64,000 nt of DNA from an uncultured delta proteobacterium (GTDB lineage: Bacteria; Desulfobacterota; Syntrophia; Syntrophales; Smithellaceae). The stretch spans positions 43,886 to 107,885 of the forward strand of contig CAVPJZ010000002.1 in assembly GCA_963705555.1 (NCBI GenBank), read 5' to 3'. The notes below the pieces were generated by a model that worked only from the letters and a program-made list of their open reading frames with translations, made no database searches and had not been told where the DNA came from. Made by a program: the position numbers and the translations under genes. Positions 20,780-30,142 of the stretch are shown one piece after another. The stretch's first letter is position 1. Every line of letters begins with the position of its first letter.

Positions 20780-22420
20780 TTAGGTGCTCTGAGCATCCTG
20801 CCTCAATATCCTCCTTAAAAGCTTTCCTGCCGGATCACGGGGAATCTCATCGCGAATCAGGATGGTTTTAGGCACCCGATAGTCGGGCATGTTTTCTTTA
20901 CAATACTGGAGGAATTCTTCTTTATCTCCTTGCAGGCCTTCTTTCAAGGCGACCACCGCAATAACGGCCTGGCCTTTGATTCGGTCAGGAATACCGATAA
21001 CTGCCGCATCCTTTACCTTGGGGTGTCGCTTCAGAACATCTTCTATCTGGCCGGGGTAGATGTTGAATCCTTTGGAAATAATAAGATCATCCTTTCTATC
21101 TACCAGGTAAAAGTAACCATCTTTATCCATGCGGGCCATATCTCCGGTGTAAAGCCAACCGTTACGCAAGACCGTCGCGGTAAGATCCTTGTTATTCCAA
21201 TATCCCTGCATAATCTGAGGCCCTTTCACCACAAGCTCGCCAACCTCCCCCACCTCGCATTCTTTCTGCCCCGTTTTCATGTCCATGATTCTGACTTCTG
21301 TGTCCGGAAGGGGTAGTCCTATGGAACCCCTTGGTGCACCTTTGGGGTAAGGTGTTATGTGGGTGGCCGAAGAGGCCTCAGAAAGACCATAAGCTTCCAT
21401 AATTTTTCTTCCGGTGAGTTCTTCAAACCTATCATGGACCGAGGGCGGGAGAGGTGCCCCTCCGCTAATTGCAACTTGAATGGAAGAAAATTGGGTCCTC
21501 GCAGCTTCAGGAGGAAGCGACATGATAGCGCTCCACAGGCTGGGCACGGCTGGAAAAGATATGGGTTTGTATGTTTCCAGCATCTTCATCAGGGAAAGGA
21601 TGTCCATTAAGTCTATCCGGGGAAGAAGTACCATCCGGTATCCCTTGAGTACGGAAACCAGGAGGCAAGCCGACATCCCAAAAACGTGAAAAAAGGGAAT
21701 TACACACATCACTGCGGCGTTTCCGGCACCCTTTACTCCCATCCAGGTATCGGATTGGAGCACGCTGGCCACAATATTAGAGTGAGTCAGGGTTGCCGCT
21801 TTGGGCGCGCCTGTAGAACCGCTCGTATACTGAAGCACCGCCACATCTGAAGGAGATATCTCCACTACCGGCTCTGCCGCGCGCTCTATTGAAGCAAGCA
21901 GTTCCAGGAAGACCTGAGGTTTAGGCATTCCTTCTTCCACGGGTATTTTTTTTTCCAATCCGAAAACGGAATGGAGAATAACAGTTTTAACTCCCGTATT
22001 TTTTACCACGTTGTAGAGATTCTGGGCGAATAAATCCAACGCAACTACTACTTTTGCGCCTGAGTTATTCAAACAGCGTGTTAGTTCCTCTCCCTGAATT
22101 CCAACGCTAATGTTGACCACTATGGCTCCGAGCTTCATGACAGCAAAGAAGGCAATGACATGCGTGGGAGAATTCACCAGGATAAAGGCAATTCTGTCAC
22201 CTTTTTTCACCCCGGCTTTCCGGAGGAAGAAGGCGAATTTGTTCACCTTCTCGTTTAGCTCCCGGTAAGAAGTGTCGTTATTGTTGAAGGACATGGCCAC
22301 ATAATCCGGGTGTTTAGAAACAGTATCCGTCAGGAAACGGTGAATGGGAATCTCCGGATATGAGATGGTAGGGGGAACGTGTTTCGCGTAATGCGTAAGC
22401 CAAGGATTTTTCATGTTCAT
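20780..22420 (-). CDS. AMP-dependent acyl-CoA synthetase/ligase (long-chain fatty-acid-CoA ligase-like)
   Basis: 546-aa intact ORF with the adenylation motifs YTSGSTGAPKA, GYGLSE-like EAYGLSEA and YTGD. Confidence 0.85.
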   Translation of the reverse strand: MNMKNPWLTHYAKHVPPTISYPEIPIHRFLTDTVSKHPDYVAMSFNNNDTSYRELNEKVNKFAFFLRKAGVKKGDRIAFILVNSPTHVIAFFAVMKLGAIVVNISVGIQGEELTRCLNNSGAKVVVALDLFAQNLYNVVKNTGVKTVILHSVFGLEKKIPVEEGMPKPQVFLELLASIERAAEPVVEISPSDVAVLQYTSGSTGAPKAATLTHSNIVASVLQSDTWMGVKGAGNAAVMCVIPFFHVFGMSACLLVSVLKGYRMVLLPRIDLMDILSLMKMLETYKPISFPAVPSLWSAIMSLPPEAARTQFSSIQVAISGGAPLPPSVHDRFEELTGRKIMEAYGLSEASSATHITPYPKGAPRGSIGLPLPDTEVRIMDMKTGQKECEVGEVGELVVKGPQIMQGYWNNKDLTATVLRNGWLYTGDMARMDKDGYFYLVDRKDDLIISKGFNIYPGQIEDVLKRHPKVKDAAVIGIPDRIKGQAVIAVVALKEGLQGDKEEFLQYCKENMPDYRVPKTILIRDEIPRDPAGKLLRRILRQDAQST

Positions 22421-22507
22421 TACACCTGTTATGTTTTGTTTTTCAACTCATAAAACTTAAGTAATACTGAAAATAAATACTGTCAATAAAAAAACTGTGG
22501 CTCAAGT

Positions 22508-23386
22508 TTATTGCACCGAATAAGTTTTTTCATCGAGAGTAAGAACACGGCAGGGAGCATCTTCTTTAATCATCATAAAATTAATTTGCCTGCCTGTAAT
22601 TCCGCCGGAGCCGCGATGCGAGAAAAAAATGTCCTGACGGCAAGAGGTGCAGAAGCCTGAAGTTTCTATATTCTTTTCCGGGACACCGCAATCCAGGATT
22701 TGCCGGCGGTTCGCCTCGGGCAAATCCAGTATCCACTTATTCCTCACAGCTGCAGGCAGTAAATAAATTTCATGGTTTTTCTGCCCGCGAAAAGCATCAG
22801 CGACAGCCGAATCCACTTGATAACAGCATTTGCCTATCGAAGGGCCGATGGCTACCAAAATATTTTGCAAAGAAGACCCGTATTGATTTTGCATCAATCC
22901 GATAACTTTGGCGCTGATATTCAGCGCAGTACTGCGCCAACCGGCATGCGTTACGGCGATTATTTTTTTCACCCGGTCGACAAAAAAAACCGGCACGCAA
23001 TCCGCCGTTTTGATGCAAATGGCCAGATTAGTGCGGTTGGTTACAATGGCATCATAGTTTAGTTCGCTACGCGAAGAAAAATAACTGCCATGTGGCTTAA
23101 TAACGAATATTTCATCACCATGAACCTGGTTGACGACTAAAAATTGTTCCAAAGGAATGGCAAAAGCCGCGGCCAGCTTCCCCCAATTCTGCAAAACGCT
23201 GTATTCTTCATCACCCTCGTTAAAGCTCATATTGAGACTGGCATATTCATCTTGCGAGACTCCACCCTGCCGCGCGCAAAAAGCGTGAATTAAAAAATCG
23301 CATTCGCCGAAAATTGCCGCCTGCAAATAAGAAATAGAATCTTTTTTAGAAATCGAGAACATTTTATCAGCCTTATTACCTTTCAT
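22508..23386 (-). CDS. pgeF: YfiH/PgeF (DUF152) purine-nucleoside phosphorylase / peptidoglycan editing factor family
   Basis: VHGDEIFVI, TADCVPVFF, HAGWRST and CTSCRQDIFFSHRG. The true start may be the ATG at 23362. Confidence 0.75.
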   Translation of the reverse strand: MKGNKADKMFSISKKDSISYLQAAIFGECDFLIHAFCARQGGVSQDEYASLNMSFNEGDEEYSVLQNWGKLAAAFAIPLEQFLVVNQVHGDEIFVIKPHGSYFSSRSELNYDAIVTNRTNLAICIKTADCVPVFFVDRVKKIIAVTHAGWRSTALNISAKVIGLMQNQYGSSLQNILVAIGPSIGKCCYQVDSAVADAFRGQKNHEIYLLPAAVRNKWILDLPEANRRQILDCGVPEKNIETSGFCTSCRQDIFFSHRGSGGITGRQINFMMIKEDAPCRVLTLDEKTYSVQ

Positions 23387-24371
23387 TGGCTAGTGTTTGC
23401 CTGCGGCGGAAAAGCGCGCATAAAGTGCCCATATCTTCAGGCATTTCCGCGGTAAACACAACTCTCTCGCCTTTCAAAGGATGGATAAAGGAGAGCTGCG
23501 CGGCATGCAGTGCTTGTCTGTTTAATGATTTCAAACTTGCCTTTAACATTGGATCGCTAATGGCGCGTATTTTATTTGTCGCACTGCCGTAAACGGTATC
23601 TCCGATGACCGGATAACCCCGATCGGAGAGGTGGACGCGAATCTGATGGGTACGGCCTGTTTTAATTTCCACATCCAACAAAGTGACCGTACCATAACGT
23701 TCGCGCACTTTCCAAAGAGTAAGAGCAGATTTCCCCCGCTTGCTTTTTGTGGACATTTTTTTACGGTTGGTGGCATGCCTGCCCACGGGCAGCAGAATTT
23801 CTCCGTGATTGCCTTTCATGTCCCCCCAGACAAGCACCCGGTAAATTTTGTACACTTCATGGTTTTCAAACTGGGCGGAAAGATTACGGTGCGCATCATC
23901 CGATTTTGCCGCCACAATCAAACCAGAAGTTCCTTTATCCAAACGATGAACAATGCCCGGGCGAATAACGCCGCCTATCCCCGACAAATTTTGGCAATGA
24001 AACAGTAAAGCGTTGACCAGTGTATTTTCCGGATTTCCCGGCGCGGGATGCACAACCATTCCTGCCGGTTTATTCACTACAATTATGGCCTCGTCTTCAT
24101 AAACAATATTCAGAGGAATATCCTGGGCGGAGGCAATGGCCTCTCTTGCCGGTTTTAGATGGAGACTTATCATATCTCCTTCCTTCAGACGCTGACTGAC
24201 TTTAGGCGTCAGACCATTGACCAGAACATCGCCTTCTTCCACAATGCGTTTCACCTGCGAACGTGATAAGGCTGCATCGTTTTGAGCGAGAAACACATCC
24301 AGCCTTTGGCCTCTTTCATCTTCTTTTACGACAAATCTTATTTCCTTGGATTGCTGAGTTTCGATAGACAA
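23376..24371 (-). CDS. rluD: RluA/RluD-family 23S rRNA pseudouridine synthase
   Basis: S4 domain (GQRLDVFLAQ) plus the catalytic HRLDKGTSG motif. I prefer the TTG start at 24371 (GGAG 6 nt upstream) over the long track extension. Confidence 0.8.
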   Translation of the reverse strand: MSIETQQSKEIRFVVKEDERGQRLDVFLAQNDAALSRSQVKRIVEEGDVLVNGLTPKVSQRLKEGDMISLHLKPAREAIASAQDIPLNIVYEDEAIIVVNKPAGMVVHPAPGNPENTLVNALLFHCQNLSGIGGVIRPGIVHRLDKGTSGLIVAAKSDDAHRNLSAQFENHEVYKIYRVLVWGDMKGNHGEILLPVGRHATNRKKMSTKSKRGKSALTLWKVRERYGTVTLLDVEIKTGRTHQIRVHLSDRGYPVIGDTVYGSATNKIRAISDPMLKASLKSLNRQALHAAQLSFIHPLKGERVVFTAEMPEDMGTLCALFRRRQTLANER

Positions 24372-24554
24372 ATCATTACTCCGGCAATTAAATATATTGT
24401 TAAGCGCACAAAAAATTCTGGCTTCCGTCCTGCGACGGAATGACGAAATGGTTGTCATTACCCAGCTCATTGCCCAGCGTATGCCTGGGTGATCGGGTAA
24501 TCAAGTGCTTGTTCTTCCCCCTCTTTTTACCCTAAGCACCTATTTGTTTATAAG

Positions 24555-25652
24555 TTAATCGTAAATCTGTCCGCATATCCGCGTAGACTGAAAGACCCGC
24601 AGCCAACCGGCTTTAGTGAAACTATATACTTCGATGCTTTTGCCGGACCACTCATCTTCGCTTCTGGCGACTTCAATAATTATCTCTTTAATCCCGTCAC
24701 CATTCAGGTCAATTGCGTTGATAAGACTAAACGATGGTTCCACTCCGCCATACGCGATTTTCTCAATTTGACCGTTTTCCCGAAAAACAAAAAGGATCTG
24801 ATAGCTACTACCGCCAGCATCTTTATCGTATCTTTGAGTTTTCGCGTCCATTTTCTTCAATGTTAAAATTAGATAATAGCATCCAACAATACTTTTTCGC
24901 CCGCTTCCATCCAAATCAACCAGCCACGCAAAATCTAATCTGCTTCCTTTTTCACCACTGACTATCCTATTTTCTTTTCGTATGCGCTGGCGTTCGTTAG
25001 CGATCTCTATAACTTCAGGCACAAAATGCTTTTTGACTTCCGCTACCGCTTTGGCCTTGTCTTCTTCGGTCAAGGAAACATTTTTATTTTCAATACCTTG
25101 CTTCAATTGTGCTGCAGTTTGAAATTTGGGGAAAGGATATTGAAAATATTCATCCGTACCATAGAAAGTATAGAAGTTTCGGTTGTAATATTTATCCGGC
25201 TGCAAAGGTTTCCCCTTATATGCCCCTGTGCCTTCAATATTGGAAATAAAATCCTTGGAATTTTCGCAATGGTCAACAAAGTTAAATTTTACACCGGTGA
25301 GATTTCCAACTTTCTCCATGTCTGTGGATACAGGAAATGTTTTTCCTTTAGCATAATCGTTGTTAAACTTATCTTTGCCGATTTTCTTGGCAATAACATA
25401 CGCATCTCCCAGCTTTCCCTTCTTCACAATAAACAAGGGACTAAATTCATTCTTTTTAATTTTCGGTTTGTAAAGATAGAGGCCGTCGGGAATTGTTACC
25501 GGAAAAGTCTTATCGGCAGGTAATTCCTGCACTATTATTGTCTTGTATTTGGCATTTCGTTCGATTTTATCTGCTGCCGCAGTAACAACAGCAGCTACTG
25601 CAAAAATTAATATTAAAAGAAATACTAATATTTTTCGCCAATGATGTTTCAT
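24555..25652 (-). CDS. Hypothetical exported/anchored protein with FG-GAP/VCBS-like DxDGDG segments
   Basis: 365-aa intact ORF with an N-terminal hydrophobic signal or anchor. Contains LVDLDGSGRKS and IDLNGDGIKEI. Confidence 0.6.
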   Translation of the reverse strand: MKHHWRKILVFLLILIFAVAAVVTAAADKIERNAKYKTIIVQELPADKTFPVTIPDGLYLYKPKIKKNEFSPLFIVKKGKLGDAYVIAKKIGKDKFNNDYAKGKTFPVSTDMEKVGNLTGVKFNFVDHCENSKDFISNIEGTGAYKGKPLQPDKYYNRNFYTFYGTDEYFQYPFPKFQTAAQLKQGIENKNVSLTEEDKAKAVAEVKKHFVPEVIEIANERQRIRKENRIVSGEKGSRLDFAWLVDLDGSGRKSIVGCYYLILTLKKMDAKTQRYDKDAGGSSYQILFVFRENGQIEKIAYGGVEPSFSLINAIDLNGDGIKEIIIEVARSEDEWSGKSIEVYSFTKAGWLRVFQSTRICGQIYD

Positions 25653-25812
25653 GTTTTGTGCTCTCCTTCAGTTAAAGATAGAAAGGAAATATGGTACGGT
25701 CTTGAAATGAAAGTTTCCCCCCCCCTTTACATTTGTTTACTAGTTCTCCCCTATATCAAGTACGAGGGCTCTTTGTCTTGCCCATGCCGGCAAGAGAATT
25801 GCAAACTTTATA

Positions 25813-27233
25813 TTATTGATTAGATAATATCTGACGCAGGCCTTCAACAATAAAGCCAAATTCGTCTTCGGCATACCGTGCGCAAATCAATGAAGATTTC
25901 ATCTTTATCCACCCGGACAATGATGGGCACATCGAGTTTGCGCAATTTTTCTTCCATACGGCTGGCGGACATTTTTTTGTTTTTGATGCCGACTAAAACA
26001 GTGGGAATTTTCTGCGTCGGCAAAGAGCCTCCCCCCGCTGCCGCAAAATCATCGCGCAGGAAAAATTCCAGAGAGTCAAAATTTGATTTTTGCAATTTAT
26101 TGATCAGTTTGCGGGCGCGCTTTTTAACCGCGTCGACCGGCTCGGTCAATGCCTGTAGTGACCTTAGTTTTTTTACCACGGCGGCGGGATCAAGGTAATG
26201 CATCAGTGTTGCTTCCAGCGCGGCTAAGGTGAATTTGTCGATTCTCAGCGCGCGGTTGAGCGGATTTTTTTTGATTTTTTCTAGAATTTCTTTTTTGCCT
26301 ACAATGATTCCCGCCTGCGGGCCGCCCAGAAGTTTATCGCCGCTGAAGGTAACCACATCAACTCCGGTAGCCAAAACTTCGCGAATTGTGGGCTCATGCT
26401 CCAAACCGTAATTATTAAGGTCGATTACGCAACCGCTGCCCAAATCATCCATAACCGGGATACGGCGTTTTTTCCCCAAAGCCACCAGAGATTCCATATC
26501 CGCTTCTTCGGTAAAGCCGACAATGCGGAAATTGCTGGTGTGTACTTTCAGTATCAGGCCGGTTTCTTTATTTATGGCCTTTTCGTAATCACTCAGGCGC
26601 GTGCGGTTGGTTGTGCCCACTTCGCGCAAACGAGCGGCGCTTTTGCGCATAATTTCCGGAATGCGGAATTCGCCTCCGATTTCGATGAGTTCGCCGCGAG
26701 ATACTATAGTTTCTTTTCCTTCCGACAAAGTGTTGAGGACAAGCAAAACAGCCGCGGCGTTATTGTTGACAATCAGGGCATCCTCGGCGCCGGTAAGCGC
26801 GCAGATCAATCGGCTTACATGATCATAGCGCTGGCCGCGTTCGCCTCTTGGCCAAATCAAATTCCAAATTGGAATAACCCTTGCCCACTTCCAAAATTCT
26901 TTGCAGCGCTTCCGGGCAAAGCGGCGCGCGGCCAAGGTTGGTATGCAGGATAACACCGGTGGCATTGACAAGCCTACGCAAGTTATAGCGATAGAATCCT
27001 CTTATTAATTTTTCCACTTCCCGGGCAACATCATTCGTCTCTGAAGGGAATTCAGCAAGTCCTTTTCCCCTGGAATCTACAATCTTTTCCCTCAAATTTT
27101 GTACGACCATCCGGCAGGTTTCCTTGACAATATCGCGCGGCGCCAGAGTATAAATATTCTTCTTTTCCAAGAGTAGAATAACTTCGTCAATTTTCGGTAA
27201 TTTTTTCAACATCTCTTTTCTTTTTTCATCCAT
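25813..27233 (-). CDS. selA: L-seryl-tRNA(Sec) selenium transferase; at least two frame breaks
   Basis: N-terminus ...RLVNATGVILHTNLGRAPL, a PLP-domain body with SGDKLLGGPQAGIIVG, and a shifted tail ...AEDEFGFIVEGLRQILSNQ ending in TAA at 25813-15. Confidence 0.85.
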
Positions 27234-27247
27234 AAATATCCCTTCTT

Positions 27248-27371
27248 GATACCAATTCGCTTTCTTCGTCTAACTTTGTTGGCTGCGTCGTCGGCTTCCT
27301 CAGCGTATTAATAATACGCCTGCGGAGTCTCCTCCTTGCCGCCTCGTTATCCTTTGAAGGCGAAATGGTAT
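27248..27371 (+). repeat. Stop-codon-abutting element family copy, 124 nt
   Basis: Starts GATACCAATT like 13477 and ends ..AATGGTAT. The closing helix is ATACCAATTCGC/GCGAAATGGTAT plus CTTC/GAAG. It sits between the radical-SAM gene stop (27380) and the selA start (27233), antisense to them. Confidence 0.7.
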
Positions 27372-27379
27372 GACTAAGG

Positions 27380-28708
27380 TTATACAACACCGGCTTCATT
27401 CCCCCGCGGGATGTCGCGTATTGGAAAAGAGCCTCCGACTCCTACTGGAAGAACTCCACGGCAATATTCACGAAAATTGTTTACGGCGATAAAAAACTCC
27501 CTCATCATTATTACCCAGAGGTAATGGCCTCGCGGCGTTAAATGCAAATGTGGTGGAAAATAACGCAAAGCCCTGACTATTTCAAAGAGGGCTATTTCCT
27601 TCCATAATGTTTTTAAAAACTTACCGTTATATTTTTCTTCCAACGCCGCAATATCCAGTTTTGTGCTGAACAATTTCATCAAAAAATCATAGCTCATTTG
27701 ATCATGAAGATCAAACCGGCGGGAAGCCATAAGCGGCAAATTACCATGATCCAGGCGGGCGATATACTCTTCAATATCAAATGTGTTGGAATAGCAAATA
27801 CCATGAAGATAGCCAATAGCGCCGCTGCCCAGACCCGCGTATTCATCGTAATCTACAACATATTCATCAATGAGAGAACTATCTTTCTTTTTCCGGGAAA
27901 AGCACCAGGCCGAAGAAAAATTATAATTTTTTTCCAGGCGCTTGACTATCAGCTTGTATAATTTCTGTTCTCCTTTAAAATCAACTTCTCCGATAGTCTT
28001 TTCCATTAACTCTTGCGTTATAGTTGAAACCATCAAAGGATAAAATGTAATTTGATCCATGTTTAAATTCAGCAAAACTGTCAGGTCAGCATCGAGAATT
28101 TCCGGCGTTTGCGCGGGAATATTAAAAATCATATCGGCATTTAAAGTATCAAATAAGCCTTGAGTGTTTTTGAGCCCCTCCGCGATAGCCTCGCCTGAAC
28201 CGTATTTTTCATAACGACCGATTTTTTTAAGTAAATCATCATTAAAGGTTTGCACACCCACGGAGAGCCTTTTCACACCGCTTTTCTGTAAAATTTCTAT
28301 ATTTTTCGAAGTTAAATGATTAGGATTTGTTTCTACCGATATTTCCCTGATAGGAAAGCTCTCCTGCGCCAAATGCAACGTTTCGGCGAGCTCATCAATA
28401 AGCACTGTCGGGGTTCCGCCGCCGACATAAATTCCTCTGAATTTATAGCCTTTTCCCCGGTAAAGATTAATTTCCCGGCGCAGAGCTTTAAAATATTTTC
28501 GGGCAAGTTGCTCGGTAAAAGCTATCCGGTGAAAGGAACAATAAGGGCAAAGTTCTTCGCAGAAAGGAATGTGCATATAAAGGAGGCGCGGTTTTTCATC
28601 GGCGCAATCAGGCAATGCCGGCAAGCTTCCCTCTTCAAATTTCAGCGCACGGGCAAATTCCCTTTTCGCTATTTTAGTAACGATTTGATTTATCAAAATT
28701 AACTCCAT
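27380..28708 (-). CDS. Radical SAM protein of the oxygen-independent coproporphyrinogen III oxidase (HemN/HemW) family
   Basis: LYMHIPFCEELCPYCSF carries the CxxxCxxC cluster motif, and the ORF has a HemN-like C-terminal domain. ATG at 28708. Confidence 0.8.
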   Translation of the reverse strand: MELILINQIVTKIAKREFARALKFEEGSLPALPDCADEKPRLLYMHIPFCEELCPYCSFHRIAFTEQLARKYFKALRREINLYRGKGYKFRGIYVGGGTPTVLIDELAETLHLAQESFPIREISVETNPNHLTSKNIEILQKSGVKRLSVGVQTFNDDLLKKIGRYEKYGSGEAIAEGLKNTQGLFDTLNADMIFNIPAQTPEILDADLTVLLNLNMDQITFYPLMVSTITQELMEKTIGEVDFKGEQKLYKLIVKRLEKNYNFSSAWCFSRKKKDSSLIDEYVVDYDEYAGLGSGAIGYLHGICYSNTFDIEEYIARLDHGNLPLMASRRFDLHDQMSYDFLMKLFSTKLDIAALEEKYNGKFLKTLWKEIALFEIVRALRYFPPHLHLTPRGHYLWVIMMREFFIAVNNFREYCRGVLPVGVGGSFPIRDIPRGNEAGVV

Positions 28709-28839
28709 GCAGAACAAATTTATAATATGGTTTATTTATTGTTTAACAATAGATATAGGACTATTGCAAGCTACAATTCCTTGAAATAACGCGTAATAGG
28801 TGTTATATGCCGCAAAAAACAAGGTCCCGGTAAAGCTAC

Positions 28840-29401
28840 ATGCCTAAAGATAAAGTTTTAACATTATGGAATAATGAAGGAGTCAACGAAAAAGACACCT
28901 CCATCTTAAGAAAAAAATCAGTGGAAGTGCCTGTGCCGCTGGATAAAGAATCGCGAGAAGCAATCCAAACTTTGGTTGATTCGTTTCTGGGCAGAGATGA
29001 CGCTTCAGGTCTTGCCGCTCCGCAAATCGGCATTAACAAAAGAATTTTCGTTTTCCGTAATAAAGGCTTCGGTGAAGGGGGAAAAGTAAAAAGTCCCGAT
29101 GATTTTGAAGTTTTGATTAACCCGCGAATTACTCAAGCGCGTGGTGAAAAAGTGACGATGGCCGAAGGTTGCCTGTCATGCCCGGAAATCCAGGTAGAAA
29201 TCAGCCGCTTCCCCGAAATAAAAGTTCGTGCCTTAAATGAAGAAGGGAGAAAAAATTAACAAAAAATATCTGGATTACGTCGCCCGCGTTATACAACACG
29301 AGCTTGACCATCTGGATGGTAAACTAATCGTCGATTACGGAGGCAATCTCTATTATCCCAAAGACAAACAATACTTCTTTGAAAAGCTTTTTAAAGGTTG
29401 A
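28840..29401 (+). CDS. def: Peptide deformylase; one frame break near 29250
   Basis: GLAAPQIG and EGCLS lie in ORF 28840..29259. QHELDHLDG follows in a shifted frame that ends at TGA 29399-29401. Confidence 0.85.
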
Positions 29402-29421
29402 TCAGTTGAACTTTTTTGATT

Positions 29422-29696
29422 TGTGAACCTCCAATTTTAATGAAACTCAGATATTACAAGCGCAACAAAGTAATATCTGTCAGTTGAATTATCCCACGTG
29501 CGAAGCTAAGTGGGACTATTGTAATGAGACCCAAGCTTCAGAAACAAAGTGCACTGAAGCTTGTAGGTCGAATTATCCCGCAAAGCGGAGGGTAATGAAA
29601 CGCAAACTTCAAAAACGAAGCGCATAGAAGTTTGTTAGCCAAATTGTTCCGCATAAACAGGGATGTAATACCCCACAGTTTGCTTTGAGGTTCATA
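29422..29696 (+). ncRNA. Candidate structured RNA: three to four tandem hairpin modules enclosed by a 10-bp long-range helix
   Basis: The closing helix is TGTGAACCTC (29422-31) with GAGGTTCATA (29687-96). The hairpins are 29448-56/29471-79, 29492-97/29510-15, 29533-41/29554-62 and 29604-10/29627-33. Their stems differ in sequence, while the linkers TAATGARAC and GAATTATCCC repeat. Strand and transcription are not established. Confidence 0.4.
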
Positions 29697-29755
29697 CCCG
29701 TGATAAATCTTGAAATCTCCCCGGAGTTGTAGTAGTTCTCAGACATTAATTAAAA

Positions 29756-29783
29756 GTGACGCAATAACGTTATTTTCTATAAT
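29756..29783 (+). promoter_or_regulatory. Candidate promoter of the gcv cluster with an embedded 12-bp palindrome (operator candidate)
   Basis: GTGACG (29756-61), a 16-nt spacer, then TATAAT (29778-83). The perfect palindrome AATAACGTTATT (29763-74) fills the spacer. Confidence 0.4.
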
Positions 29784-29809
29784 TTAATGTTCCCCGGAGA
29801 AGCTGTTCC

Positions 29810-30142
29810 ATGTTAAAAATTCAGTGCCCGCAATGCAACAAATCTTTTGTCTGGACAGACAATATGCCGGCGCAGGAAAAATGCCCTACGCTGGATTGTA
29901 ACTGGCATTATAATATTCATAACGAACTGAAGAGAAACATTACGCGGCGTGAAACCAAGGTGGAACCAAAAACTCTGCTTTGCCCCTATTGCCAGGGAAA
30001 AATTACATCCAAATTTACTATTTGCCGGCATTGCGGACAGATTGTACTGGGCAGTAAAGTTTCCCGAAAGAGTTATTTATTTTTGGCGGTTTGTTTGATT
30101 CTCATTACCCTATCTCTGGTTTTCAAGTGCTTGATTAAATGA
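29810..30142 (+). CDS. Small zinc-ribbon protein with a C-terminal TM anchor (uncharacterised)
   Basis: 110 aa. It has CPQC...CPTLDC and CPYC...CRHC cysteine pairs and a hydrophobic tail, YLFLAVCLILITLSLVF. Its stop overlaps the gcvT ATG (ATGA). Confidence 0.6.
   Translation: MLKIQCPQCNKSFVWTDNMPAQEKCPTLDCNWHYNIHNELKRNITRRETKVEPKTLLCPYCQGKITSKFTICRHCGQIVLGSKVSRKSYLFLAVCLILITLSLVFKCLIK

Noticed and set aside
24423-24459. Two adjacent hairpins (TTCCGTC-CTGC-GACGGAA and AATGAC-9 nt-GTCATT) between the exported-protein gene and rluD, as a possible terminator or attenuator.
   Set aside because: On the transcribed (minus) strand the T-run begins 7 nt after the stem, which is atypical for an intrinsic terminator. 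No leader ORF or conserved motif was seen. This is too weak to call.
29402-29696. The tandem ~71-84 nt units could be a CRISPR array or degenerate tRNA array.
   Set aside because: The repeated parts are short linkers, not identical 24-40 nt repeats separated by unique spacers, and no cas genes are nearby. The units lack tRNA acceptor/T-arm features (no GTTCRANYC).
29402-29809. Expected a glycine riboswitch (gcvT motif) upstream of the glycine cleavage genes.
   Set aside because: I found none of the conserved aptamer strings (GGAGAG...ACCGAAGGGGCAA, CTCTGGAGAG) on either strand. The region is reported as a different, unclassified structured candidate.
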